From assembly GCA_013265495.1 (NCBI GenBank), contig MU058796.1:310001-374000 (forward strand): a stretch of 64,000 bases of DNA, given 5' to 3'. The stretch comes from Vicugna vicugna (Eukaryota). Both the position numbers and the translations under genes were made by a program. This document shows positions 39,700 through 51,794 of the stretch, piece after piece (position 1 is the first letter of the stretch; each line of letters opens with the position of its first letter). The notes under the pieces were generated by a model, which was not told the origin of the DNA, searched no databases, and worked only from the letters and a program-made list of their open reading frames with translations.

Positions 39700-39930
39700 T
39701 GAGTAACTAAGTATGAACTTTGGAGTCATATAGCCATGGGAGTTCAAATTGAAGCGCTATAACTTATCAGCTTATAAATTTGGGCAAGTTGCATAAACTT
39801 CCTGAACCTTAATCTCTTCAACTGTAATGAGAGTTCAAAACTATCTGTGTCACAAAGATGTACTACGCAAATGGCATGATGTACATGAGGTACTTTCTAT
39901 CTATCCTTAAATAAGTGCTCAAAAATGATA
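39700..39930 (+). mobile_element. MIR inserted in the L3
   Basis: 'actttggagtcatag...ttgggcaagttgcataaacttcctgaacctta...taagtgctcaaaaatg'. Confidence 0.7.
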
Positions 39931-40069
39931 AGGTGTTGTATTTTGTTTTCATTAAATAAGACTGATTGATGGCTGTTAGTCAGAAGAGAGATCTCTGAAC
40001 GGTGCACTAGCACCTTGGTTTTTTTGCCAGTGATTTGAAAGAAATAATAATAATTATTATATTGGCAGT

Positions 40070-40200
40070 CTCCTTGCTATGCTGTGGACTCTTTCAGGAC
40101 AATGACCATGTCTTCTTGCTTTTGATTTCATCACTGCCTGACACAGTACCTGACCCATAGTAACCACTCAGATGTCTTTAAAAGAATGACACAGAATGAA
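40070..40200 (+). mobile_element. L2 3' terminus inserted in the L3
   Basis: 'tgctgtggactctttcaggacaatgaccatgtctt...cacagtacctgacccatagtaaccactca...gaatga'. Confidence 0.65.
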
Positions 40201-43199
40201 CTATAATAACGAAGACACTGGATAGGAAAATCAGGATTCAAAACTGCCACAAATAATTAGAACAATGGGCCAATACCAAAAATAATCTCTTTTATGGTTG
40301 AATAGAAAGTCCACTTTTTCCATCCAAAATATCAGTTGCAACAGTAGAAGTTGTAAGAGATCTGATTAGACAGAATTTGGTATGAAAAAGATTTGACATT
40401 TTAGTTTCATAAAAGTTCAAGAACTAAGAATATGATAATGATACTAACCCCTCCTCAGAGTACATTTCCTACCTTCATAAAATGCTAAATTGTTAGAAAT
40501 AGAGTCCAGAACAAGGCAGACATCAGTACCCATTTACTCTGCATAATTAGACCACATCTCAAGCAATGCATTCAATTCTGATGCCACATTTAGAAGAGAC
40601 AGGGACACACTGAAGTCTATCCAATACGGTGAGAGGCCTTAAAAGCCATCTCATATTAGAATGATTAAAGGAATGTTCAGTCTGAAAAAAAAAGGTAGAC
40701 TTAGGAAAAAATGAGAGCCATTTTTCAAATAGTTGAATAACTTTCATATGGAATAGGGATTAAATTTATACTCAAAACTTCATGAAGCTTCAGAAAAAAA
40801 TCATACCAGAGAGTAGACAATTCAGGAAGGTATTAGTCAATGATCTCTACTTAAAATGAGAAAAGACTGTCTTAGACTTAATAATGTATTCTGTTCAATG
40901 TTGTTTAATTTCAATTTATTTAGCAAATGATTACAATTCACATTTATGTGAAAACTTTGTATAAGCCCTGTTTAGAAAGGAAGTCTTCAAGACTTGCAGG
41001 TTAGTTGATTTATATTATTTACAATGTCCACATCACAGTTAAAATGTACTGCTAAACATTTACTTGGTAAAAATTCTTTGAATATTACTACACATCAATT
41101 TTAATGCTAGATGGTAGACAAGTTGAATAAAAGGCAATATTATATAGGAATTCCTATTTTGGGTAAGATATTGGCCCAAACTTTGATATTTGAGAATCAA
41201 TCAATCAATCAAAAAAAAAAAACCCAGTTTGCTTGATTTAAATGTCACTGAGGAATTGAGGGGTCTGAGAAAATTAATATTTCATCACTTCCAAGGTACA
41301 TTGATAAAGTGGGTAGAAATTGTAAGTCAGAGACATGCCATTTACACATATTGAGCCCCGTATTTTCTAGACTTTTTTCTCATCATGTTATACTTACAAT
41401 GATTAATAAGACAAAATTTTGGCATGTTTCTAAAATCTTGTCTTGCTGTTTCTAGCCTGAATTTCATTTATGTATATGCTTCTAAAGAAATATGTAGCCA
41501 CAAACTTTTTAAAAAATACCAGCATCAGCTAAAAAAACATTGAGTGCCAGGTGTCTACTCCTTAAGGAGTCAAAGATACCCATTTTTTAAAAAGTTTACA
41601 GAACATTTCTCCCATTATCTGTTTCTTTTAAGGAGAAGTAAAAGAAACATAACTATTTGATTTGCTATCAGAACATTTAATAGCAAAACGTACAGCATTT
41701 GCAGTGATGTTCATTTTAATTACTTGGGGAACTCCAATTTTCTTTTCCTTTTGTTTCTCAAGTGCTTGGTGTAAGACGAGGTTAAAGTATAGTAATTCTC
41801 TGTGCTTAAAAAAAGCTGTATTTTTAAGGAACGAACATCAAAAATAATCTCTTTTTGCTAAATTGTTAATTAGAAGAGGATGGGTTTTAAAAAGGAAACA
41901 AACAGAAGCAGTAGAACTGCCTAGTCCTGCTCAGTGCAGTTCAGTCCTGATTCAGCAAGTAGGTATTTGGCAGCAGCCGTGAGCATTGTGTACTACAATG
42001 ACGGTGCTGGTTAACTCGATACTCTTCCCACACTTCTGTCAGTCGAGCCCAGTGCGTGGGTAACTCATGAAGTCACTGGGTACCTAAGTGAAATATTGAA
42101 AGCAATGAAGGTTATGAGGGTTTAGAGACAGGTGGAACTGGCTATGTGATCACAGCCACGCCCACTCTTAAAATGTACTTGGCAACGAAATTCATGCCAA
42201 TATGACACCTGTCTGTGTAGGAAACTCATGACAAGACAGGAGGGCGGACTTCAGATCACAGTAAGAGTGTCGTGACTGTGATCTCCCCAGAGCCTGTCCC
42301 GGAAAGGATACGCCTTTCTCACTTTTACGCCAATTGGAATTTGAAGGGAGCTTGCTAACTGATGTTCTGTGTGGACCCAGAAGGACCACCAATAAGGTAA
42401 GGGCAATGATATCTCTTGGTGTGATCACTAGAGATAAATTGTAAAGAGATTCCCCACTCCATCTTCCCTTTCAAATGTAGATTACTGGGGCAATCTTCTT
42501 GGCAGTGTATTTCAGGATCTTCAATTTAAGGAACAGAACTGTTTGGTGCCTGCTCCAAAAAGAGACATCCAGGCCCTGCAATAGCTGTCAGTGCCGTTTC
42601 TGGCTAATGGGATACTGAGAAGGAGATGGTGAGCTGTGGCGGAGTAGCAAGAAGTGATTTCAGGAGACTGTGTCAAAGCGGCTCATCTCCCAGTGCCCTA
42701 CATAAAGATGTTTCTAGTAGCCACCTGTATCCAGAGACTTAAATTTATGAAAAGAGAATTGTAATGATATCTTAATTGCTCCGAAGATGTCTTTTCAAAG
42801 GAATTGTCACAGAAACAGTTCCTCTAGAGGAACTGAGAAACCAAAGGGAGATGTCTTTATTGTAGAAGAGCTGAGGAAAGCCTTCTGCCCTAGAATTTAA
42901 CGTTAATGGATTTCTTTGGCAAATAATAGTCTTGGTTGCAATACTGCTCTGTTTGATGAGGATTCAAAAAGTCTTAATCAAATCTAGCAGTCGTTGCTGC
43001 TTCTTTCTCTCCTAATCTCCCTGATCCTGAATTACGAGAGCCTTATCTATTAAAATAAAACATCATTTGTTAAAGCCTTTTCAAAATTAAGACCAAAACC
43101 ATTAAAACTAATTGTTTGGTAGTATCAAATAAACAAACTTTTTAAGTTTGATGAACTGTTTGTAAGTGCTAATCAAGTGGGTGGAGTCATAAAGGAGGG

Positions 43200-43720
43200 G
43201 AGGGAACCAGCTGAAACAATATATGTAATTTGTTTGCATTATTACTTGAGATAATTACAAAGCAGGCGTTCAAAAGCTGTTCTTCATACCAGAAGGGGAA
43301 AAAATAGGGAGGAGTGGAAAAGTACAAGAACACCCAGCCATTGTCGGCTGCAATCTAAAATACTGCCGGATTCACGATTGTCGAGTATTAGCATTGCTGA
43401 GAATGCCAGGGACAGAAGTGTCACGATGAATGTAGAGTGATGACTTCATAGGAAGGCAAAACTGAGGATATGACCAGTTTGCAGTCACAGAGAAATCAGC
43501 TTTAATTAATTTGAGTGCCAGCTCTGTGTATAATTACACAGCATGAGAGTTTGCATGCAAATGCGGAAATGCTGATTGTTCAAATACTTGCACTTGCTCA
43601 TTAATACGTTGGGACTAAGCGGGGCTGGCAAGCAGACAGGGTACAGCACACACGGTGCCTGCAGGCTAATTTGTATCATACTGTAGTTAGCAAACAGATT
43701 TCAGATGTTTCTCCTTTCTT
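43200..43720. promoter_or_regulatory. Candidate conserved developmental enhancer
   Basis: No repeat recognised; octamer ATGCAAAT (43555-43562), TTAATTAA, Sox-like ATTGTT/CATTGT, several retained CpGs; conservation is inferred, not measured. Confidence 0.45.
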
Positions 43721-46700
43721 TAAATAATAAGCGCAAAAATATGTGTGTCATTTTCATCTGTGACATACCTTGTTTTCTTCTTGATTAAAATAAAATGTTT
43801 TGGGTTTTTAAAAAACTGTCAAGGGTACGTGAAACATTGCTATAACACCGATTTATAGCTATTTGATGTCAGTAACGTTTATACCAGTTATAGGATATTT
43901 CTGTTTCACATTTTATGTAATTATCCAAAAATAGTCATTTTTCATAATTGGTGAAAGTATATTCAAAAAAGGTCAATTTATATGTTAATTCCAAGGAAGA
44001 ATAAAGCAATGGTCACAGCTGAATTGCCTACTTGTCTATCAAAATCTAGTATCTTGTATCCAGCATGAGCTAGGGCCAGAGGCTTCAGGGAAAAGATCGA
44101 TTTATTTGAGAAGTACCTAATCCTAAAATGTACTGAGGGGAGATTTTCTATTCTGACCCCTGAACCTCTTAGCAGAGATCAGCTTCAACCAAATTCACAC
44201 CTTCTTTTACAACACCCAAGGGAAAAAAATCTTCCTAGATCACAACCCTGGGAATATCTGATACTTTCTTCAGACAATGGTATAAGAGAATAAGGAATTT
44301 GCCCAGGTCCCCAAAATCTGCTACTACTACTATCTCGTCCCTGGCCAGTGCACTTTAGACATTTTAAGACATTTTAATTCTGCAAATATTTATGGAGCAC
44401 CTATTTTTGTCAGACCCTGCAAAGCAGAGGAGATACAGTAGTAAGCCAGATAGACACAGTCCCCACATTCGGCATTTCCTTTTTCTCAGAAGTGGCATGA
44501 AGGAACCTGACTCAGTTTTCCTGGGAAATACGTGCTATTAGCAGTTACACCTTGGAGAAGCCCACATTGCAGAAACTGAGTTTATAGCCTTCCATAAACA
44601 CAGTTCTCCTGGCCTTTCTGGGTAGCTAATTCCCTCTCTGACGTTCCTTCAACCCCATTCTTGTGTAAGATGAAAGCTGCCTCTGCCCCCAGGGCTGAGT
44701 GGCACCTGTAAAGGAAACGTGAAACAGTCTATCCAGCAAGCCCCAGCGTTTTACAAGATTAGGTTGAAGGGGAAGGCTGTCAATAACCTTCTCTAAAAGC
44801 CTATATCTGTAAGAATACTCACTTCTGAACGAGAAAAAGTAGACACATCATGTAGATGATGTAGGACAGACACCTCACACCATCAGGTCTCACCAAAAGG
44901 AAGCCGTTATCTACGTAAGTATTCTCAGTCAGTTCAGGAACACGGACTACAAAGCGTGGCCTTTCCTTCCTAAAATGTCTGTCCAGATATTCCACTGGCA
45001 AAAGCTCCATATGTGACTATGTTAGTATCTTTACCAGGAGAACAAATCTTAGAGGATTTTATCTATAGGAAACGACTTCTAGTGTGAGATTGTGGTGACA
45101 TATGAAATGACCTGTATTCATGGATGATGCAGACAATTTCATGAAACAATTCCAAGGTGGGAAGGAAAGAGAATAAATGCGTGGAGAAGAAAGATGATTT
45201 CTTCTGGAGATAGAAAATGTTCAGAAAACCTGAGGCAGCGCTAGCCACAGACATGAAGAAATCTTGTAACTCAGTGTCGAAGCACAGCACACCACGCTGA
45301 TGCACAGTGGTCAACAGTGCCGATTGTTACAGAGTGACAGTCATAGACAGGCCGACAGCAGCTGATCATTCAGCAGTGACTGGTCAACAAGAACCATCAC
45401 CACAGATTTGTGAGTGCTGAATCCATATTTGAAAGGCATGAGAAAAGTGAAAGAGCAAGTAATTGGAAATAGAAAATGTGTGGAATCTCTGTTCAGAAAG
45501 TGAAGGGGAAGAAGTGAAGCAAAAGTGGAGATTTAACCGTGTTTGTGGGAGAGAAAAGAGTTGGTGGAACAGGAGCAATTGGGGACTTAAGGGGAAATGT
45601 GTTCTTAATTGGGCAGGAGTTGGGGAGAGTACAGGTAGCTGCGCTAGCTTTAGAGATTAAAAAAAAAAAAAACTTACTCCAAGAAAGGAGAGGAAAAGAG
45701 GGTGTTGACGGAGAAAATCCAAGATGTAGGTGAGAGTTATGTGTCAAGTCTGCCCCTGATCCTAGTGAAGGTGTTGGTGAAATCATCTCCTGCGAGGGTA
45801 TAGGAAAGGGTAGACATTACACAGACGTAAAAATGACTTTATTTTCTAACTATTAAAAAAAAAGAGCAAAAACAATTTACAGTGATATTAGGGGAAGAAA
45901 TGAGGGACAATGGAGAAATGGAAACTGGTCATTGTAGAAGCTTCACTTAGACATTAACTTGGGCCAAGGTAAAGCAAGTAATGGGACTGGACTCGTAATT
46001 ACAAAACGGTCTCTAAGTTTGCATTGTCCAGTATCAGGACACCTAAAGTCATTGTTTACAGTTTAGCACTCGTGCGTTCTCCACTGAGAAAGTAACTGTG
46101 GGGGAGATATCTGCACGTGAAGTAAGGAAGGCGAGTAATGCACCAGAGAGCTTAGTCTGGGAGGGGAACCTACCATCCCTCTGGGCTCCTCCTTCCTCCT
46201 GCTCACCTGTGGCCTTGCTGGTGACAGACAGCGTGTGGAGCTGCCTAGGTTTCCGTTTTTTACAGCACTTTCCCCCTGTGTAACTCAGATTCCTGTTGGC
46301 TCATACCCCCTGGATTAGGCACCAAAAGCAGGGCAGCATATCCTGAAAACCAGTGTGAAGTACAGTACCTGTGTATCACTTGGTAAAGAGGAAGACAGTC
46401 CCAAAGTTCTAACTCTCTACTTAGTACGTCTGGAATTATACTGACAGGAGTATTCGTAGGCTTAGCTGCCTATTTCAGTTTTCCTGCTAGGAAACAGGAG
46501 CACATCAGGCACTGAGAGGCTGCCAGGGGACACCGGGCATCCCCTGGGAGCAGCAGGCCAGAGGAATGACAGGGGCACCGAGCATCTGGAAACTCCTAGC
46601 AAGGTTGGTGGCTGTGGTATGTAGGTGTCTGGGTCCCCAGGGACTGGGTGGCACTCAGTAGGTAAAAGGACAAGGCACAGGTTGTCTCAGAATGCTTCCA

Positions 46701-46939
46701 GCCCTACACTTGCTGCTTCTCTCAATTTCCTTTTTGTTTGCACCCCCTTCCCTGCCTTTTGTTCATCCTCCTCCCAACCTTTTCCAGATCCCAAATCTAA
46801 AGGACCTGTTGACCATGGAAAAGGTTTTGTAGCACAAGAAAACAGGGAATATGGAAGGCTTTTAAGCAAAGGAATAATACTCAAGCCAACTCAAAGCTGA
46901 AGATTTCTTGAGAGTCTGCTTTCCGTCAGCCACTGCAGT

Positions 46940-47940
46940 GTATGTAGGGGACTGAGGATAAACATATGAGGCATTTTACTTATGGAGCTCACCTTTAAAT
47001 GAGAAAACAAACCTGTTAGACTAGAATTCTTGATAATACAGAGGCACCAAGAAGAGAGAGATTTCTTCTATAGGAAAAGAAAAATATTGGCAAAGCAACT
47101 GGCTAAAGCAAATGAATTTAGATATGGAAATGCACATAAACATGAGCAAACTGTGTTTTAAGGAGATTTTCCTGGCAGCAATGTATAAAGTGGTTTGGAT
47201 TCAGAAAAGCCTTAGAGCATTTAGGAGGCTATTGGGATAGTCTGCAGAAGAGAGGGGCTGGAAAAGAGGATATAATGGCAGAGATATCTCAGGGTAAGTA
47301 TTGACAGGGCTTTGCAGATTACTGCGGAAACAGATGGGAAAGTTGTCGTATTTGACTTTGAGATTTCAAACCTTGATGATGATATTAAAACAGGAAGTGT
47401 TAGGGGGAGATGGAAATGTGAAAGGGAAGACACTGAGTTCAATTTAGACCTAAGGAGTTTTTTTTGAGGTGCCAGAGCCTATCCTTATGGAAAAGAGAAA
47501 AGTGTAGGTGGCAATGTGTATCCTGCCGAGAGAGAGCTGAGGGGGTCATCTGCAAGCCCAAAGAGTAGATGAGACTGGGGAGGAAGAGAGAGAATGAGGA
47601 GAGAAGAAGGCTAAGGAGCAAACTTTTAAATCACATACATGAAGAGTGTGAAGAGGAAGGAGACAAAAGTTGCAGTCACACAGTTGAAAGGAGAACTGGG
47701 GATGTCCCCAGAGAGGAAGGGCGGAGAGTTTCTGGAAGAAGAGCCCACTCGGGAGACAAGGAAGAGACACAGACAAGGAGGATGAAATTCGAGAATGTCG
47801 GATGTCACAACCAATTAGTCACTGATGACGTTCAGGAGAGAGATTTCATTAACATGATGGGAAGAGAAACCCTATTACCTGGTGGTAAGTTCTTACTAAA
47901 TATCTCCAGTGTATTTGAATATTGAAACTAAAGCAAAGCA
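46940..47940 (-). mobile_element. L2 LINE, long degraded fragment
   Basis: 'ctggcagcaatgtataaagtgg', 'ttaggaggctattgggatagtctg', 'tgagttcaatttagac', 'gggggtcatctgca', purine-rich antisense L2 pattern. Confidence 0.65.
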
Positions 47941-48993
47941 GTAAGCATCCTAGGAGTTTACCCTTAAATTAGAAGAAGAGACGATAAGGAAGAAGGACTA
48001 CTTCAAAGAGAGAGGCAAGTGGCAGCAGGTTAACTTGGTTTACTGCAGCGTTTTACCCACCCAGAGACCTGTTGTAATTCTGGTTTCTCTCAAGCTCTAG
48101 CTTCATGTTGTCAAGTGAAGGAGGGTGACAGTGAATGAGGAAAAGTTGATGATGTTCAAAGATGACTAAGGCTGTAAAAGACAATTAGGCTTTTCCTACA
48201 GTTGATGCTTAGGAATTGAAAGAATTTGCCCCTAAGAAAGTCATCTCCACTCCACCCACAGTGTCTGGCCTATTTTACCTTCTTGATCACAGTTTACCCT
48301 CTTGGATGTATGTGAAAATGTCACATGAGGCAACCCCACATGAAAAGAACTTGGTAACATTTCTTTCACGTAAAGGCATGTTTTTCAGCCACTGGCTACA
48401 GAATTCTCGGAAGAGATTTGTTATCCGCATGGCAAATTCAGTCTCCCTACCTTATTACGCTTAGCTTAAGAAATAAGCTAATCAAGAAAATCCTAAATGA
48501 AGGTACATCTTTCCTTGGCTTTTATTTTGATGTATCCACATGTTGTAGCATTCAATGCTCCAGACCTACCCAAAGCAATCTGATAAAAATAGTGCCATAC
48601 TACCTGTAAGTAGAAAATTATTTTTTGCCTCATTCAAATACTATTTTTATGAACCACCTACAAATCCTTTCCAACTATGTACTGATGCTAGTTTTAAGTG
48701 TGCGGCCGAGGTGCAGTATCTAGGTTGTCGGAAGAAAATGTAATTATTTGTTTACCTAATAGATAATCTCTGTGTTACCAAAGACTTATGTCTGGAGAAT
48801 ATGAACTACTTGTGTGCCATATTAACATAGCATTCAATTGCACATAGTTTGTGTTCCTCTTTTCAAAATACAGGTAGCTATTTGATATGTCTGGGATTTT
48901 TCTGTATTTGTTTTTAGTTGGAAGAATATCTTGGCTTCTTTTTATAATTCTGCCAAATTTTTATTCTTCTAACTACGCCTGTGTATACACAAA

Positions 48994-49055
48994 CGCGCGT
49001 GCACACACACACACACACACAGACTCGCCCACACGAACGTGTGCGCAGGCGCTCT

Positions 49056-49102
<47 letters not shown>

Positions 49103-49105
49103 GCT
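48994..49105. repeat. Compound (CG)/(CA)n and (CT)n microsatellite with CpG-rich spacer
   Basis: Seen directly. Confidence 0.95.
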
Positions 49106-49981
49106 CAACACTCAGAGAGGCACTTTCATAAACTTGCCCTGCATGGTTGTTGGTTTAACTGTCAAAGAAATTCATTACTAAGAGAATGCCTTGCTTTATA
49201 TGCTTACTAAATTTTTTAAAAATGTTTTTCATTATATTTATGCAGACGTAACTTGGCTAGCTCATAATTTACCAAATGCAAGCATTTGTCAGGGTTATTT
49301 CCAATCACTCAGAAAAATGTGCCTTTGTGTATTTTGATTATTTAAAGCAATTTTGTTTCCATTATGCGAATATGCAGCCAGAACAGCATGACTGTCTTGA
49401 CTGAGGAAATCAGAATGCTCTTAATTTTCATGTGTGCATCTGCAGAAGTGCTTTTGATTGTTTAACCAATGTACAGATAGTGATGTAGGCATAAATGTTT
49501 TTGCACACATTTATTTTCCTTGGCACTTCAGAAGAGTAATGCAAAAAAAATTGCACATGCTGTTGTTTGCAAAGTATATATACTCAGTTGTAAGCAGAGG
49601 AAATGTTTAATATTTTGAAGCATAAAAATTAGGATACACTCAGAAATCTCTGTCTTGTGACCACATCTTATTTATACATTAGCTAAACATCTGGATTTTT
49701 TTCCCTTTGGGCTTTGGGCTGGATTTTTTCTCCTTGTGCAAACTTTATACCAAACTCTGAATTTTTCAGGGATCAAATAGTCTCATTCAAATTTGCTTAC
49801 CTTACCTTGAAGCAAATCAGCTTATTTGCTCATTAGATGAGTCCACCATTTTACAAGGAGACAGGAAAGGGAAATAGAGGGAAATAGAAATTCAAGCCAA
49901 GGCATTAAGGGACCACTATCCTGAATATTGTGTCAACCGTGTAACTGTAGAATCAAGTTTCATTTCGTTTTTCTGGGCTAC

Positions 49982-50168
49982 TATATTTCATTGAATCTAA
50001 CGTGATCTAACATCAATAGTAAGATGCACCAATATTTTCTATTCTACAGAGAAATTTTTCAAACTCTGCCAATGAAACTATGATAAATCATTAATTGAAC
50101 AACCTTTTCCAATTTAAGAAATGTTAAAATGAGGGGGAAACTGCAATTTGCAATGAATAAAATAGCAT
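49982..50168. mobile_element. TcMar-Tc2 MITE, MER104-like
   Basis: 'tatatttcattgaatctaa...aagatgcacc...agaaatgttaaaatgagggggaaactgca...atgaataaaatag'. Confidence 0.55.
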
Positions 50169-50399
50169 ATTTAGAATAACTACAAGGCTTTAGCTCTTGG
50201 TTATAATATGTTAACTACATCAGCACAACTCAGAGGTGCTCCTTTTCTGGAAGAGAAGATTTGTTATCTCATTCATTCAGTGGGACTGAAAAAATGTACC
50301 ATGTGTTCCAAACTGTTTCTACATTTTCTCATTCATAGAGTTATCATAAAAATATTATTTCTTTTAAGAAAGTTAATATCTTTTTTTAGCTTTATTGAG

Positions 50400-50838
50400 T
50401 TTTTTATTTTTTAACTGTAGTATAGTCAATTTACAATGTGTCCATTTCTGGTGTACAGCATAATGTTTCAGTCATACATATATATATATACATATATTTG
50501 TTTCCATATTCTTTTTCATTATAGGTTACTACAAGATACTGAATATAGTTCCCTGTGCTATACAGAAGAAATATGTTTTTTATCTGTTTATTATGTATAG
50601 TAGTTAGTATTTGCAAATCTCGAATTCCCAATTTATCCCTTCCCACTCTCTTTCCCCCGTAACCATAAGTTTGTTTGCTATGTCTGTGAGTCTGTTTCTG
50701 TTTTGTAGATGAGTTAATTAGTGTCTTCTTTTTCCTTTCTTTTTCTTTTTTTTTCCTTCTTTTTTTAGATTATGGTTATGAGTGATATTATATGGTATTT
50801 TTCCTTCTCTTTCTGGCTTACTTCACTTAGAATGATGA
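50400..50838 (-). mobile_element. L1 3' UTR (cetartiodactyl/laurasiatherian type), 5' truncated
   Basis: 'gtatagtcaatttacaatg...ggttactacaagatactgaatatagttccctgtgctataca...ctggcttacttcacttagaatga'. Confidence 0.9.
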
Positions 50839-50945
50839 TAATTGACTAATAAAATCGCAAGATATTTAAAGTATGTAACATGATGATTTGATATATGTAT
50901 ATACAGTGAAAGGATTCTTCCTATCAAGGTAACAATTTTATTTAC
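50839..50945 (-). mobile_element. Older L1MA-type 3' end, split by the preceding L1
   Basis: 'ataattgactaataaaatcgcaagatatttaaagtatgtaacatgatgatttgatatatgtatatacagtgaaaggatt' continues 'agctttattgag' at ~50388. Confidence 0.7.
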
Positions 50946-51794
50946 TTTTTTTTTGTTTTTTTTTTTGATGTGAACAGAGTTGACTTTATCTTGAAGGAGA
51001 CAAAATAGTGGTACAAAAAGAAAAAAGATAGGATTTAGTTTTTTTTTTTTTTAATTTCTGACTTGATTCCAGTTTCTGTGAAACTTTAGGCTAAAAATTA
51101 ATCTAGCTGAGACTGTCTCTCCATCCACTCTGTCCCCTCAGGGCTGTTTTTCTGCCCATCCAAACTCCCCCTTCATACCACTCCAGGATCAGCAAGTAGT
51201 CAAACTTTTGTTACAGGAAACTGGAACAGAGGTGGGTACTAAATCTTCCTTAAAACATGATGATAAAGCAATATTAAAAAGTCAAGCAATACTTGTAAAA
51301 ACTTTGAAAAGCTGTTAAAGCTATTCTACCCCAAACAAATTGTCATAAAATCTTTAACTGATAATCAACCAAGTACATTCTTTGATTTAGTTGTCAGATA
51401 ATGGACTTCAAGAGAAATAGCCTAATTCTCTGTGTCCCTCATAACCACTAATACCTAACTCAGTGCCTGGCAAATGGTATTTTCCCAATAGATGTTTCTT
51501 GAATGATTTAATTAAAGGAATAATTATGACCAAAGAGTTCCTTTCCTCATCTTACTTTTGAGGATAGGCATTATGAAGCAAGAAACAATGGTAGGAAAAA
51601 ATTAAATTGTGTTTTAATTGATTCCTCACATACTGCATATCAAAATATTTCCTGTTAATAGTGTAAGATACTTCGGGAACTACATGCAATATTCAGTTAT
51701 TCATCACAAATCATCTATTAAATAAACATACATGAAACAAGTATTGCGTACCAGGCACTCTAAATGTAAAGCTGAAGGCTGCTGCCCTCCAGAG

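Larger units (their letters stand above)
39255..40860 (+). mobile_element. CR1/L3 LINE ORF2 (reverse transcriptase region) fossil, interrupted by MIR and L2
   Basis: Hand translation across frameshifts: GKKE/DSVNCKPMSLTSVSSKI, HFEKMAMIIKNQYGFTKN, VPIYSA/IRPHLKQCIQF; these parallel CR1 motifs GKKEDPGNYRPVSLTS, SQHGFTKN and PLYSALVRPHLEYCVQFW. Confidence 0.85.

Noticed and set aside
41970..42010. Small hairpin CATTGT-N5-ACAATG
   Set aside because: Short, bulged and overlapping a decayed L2-like tail; chance is likely
47546..47925. Overlapping ORFs up to 118 aa
   Set aside because: Inside a purine-rich L2 remnant; composition artefact
48887..49210. ORFs with HTHT/SLSL/ERER runs
   Set aside because: Translations of microsatellites
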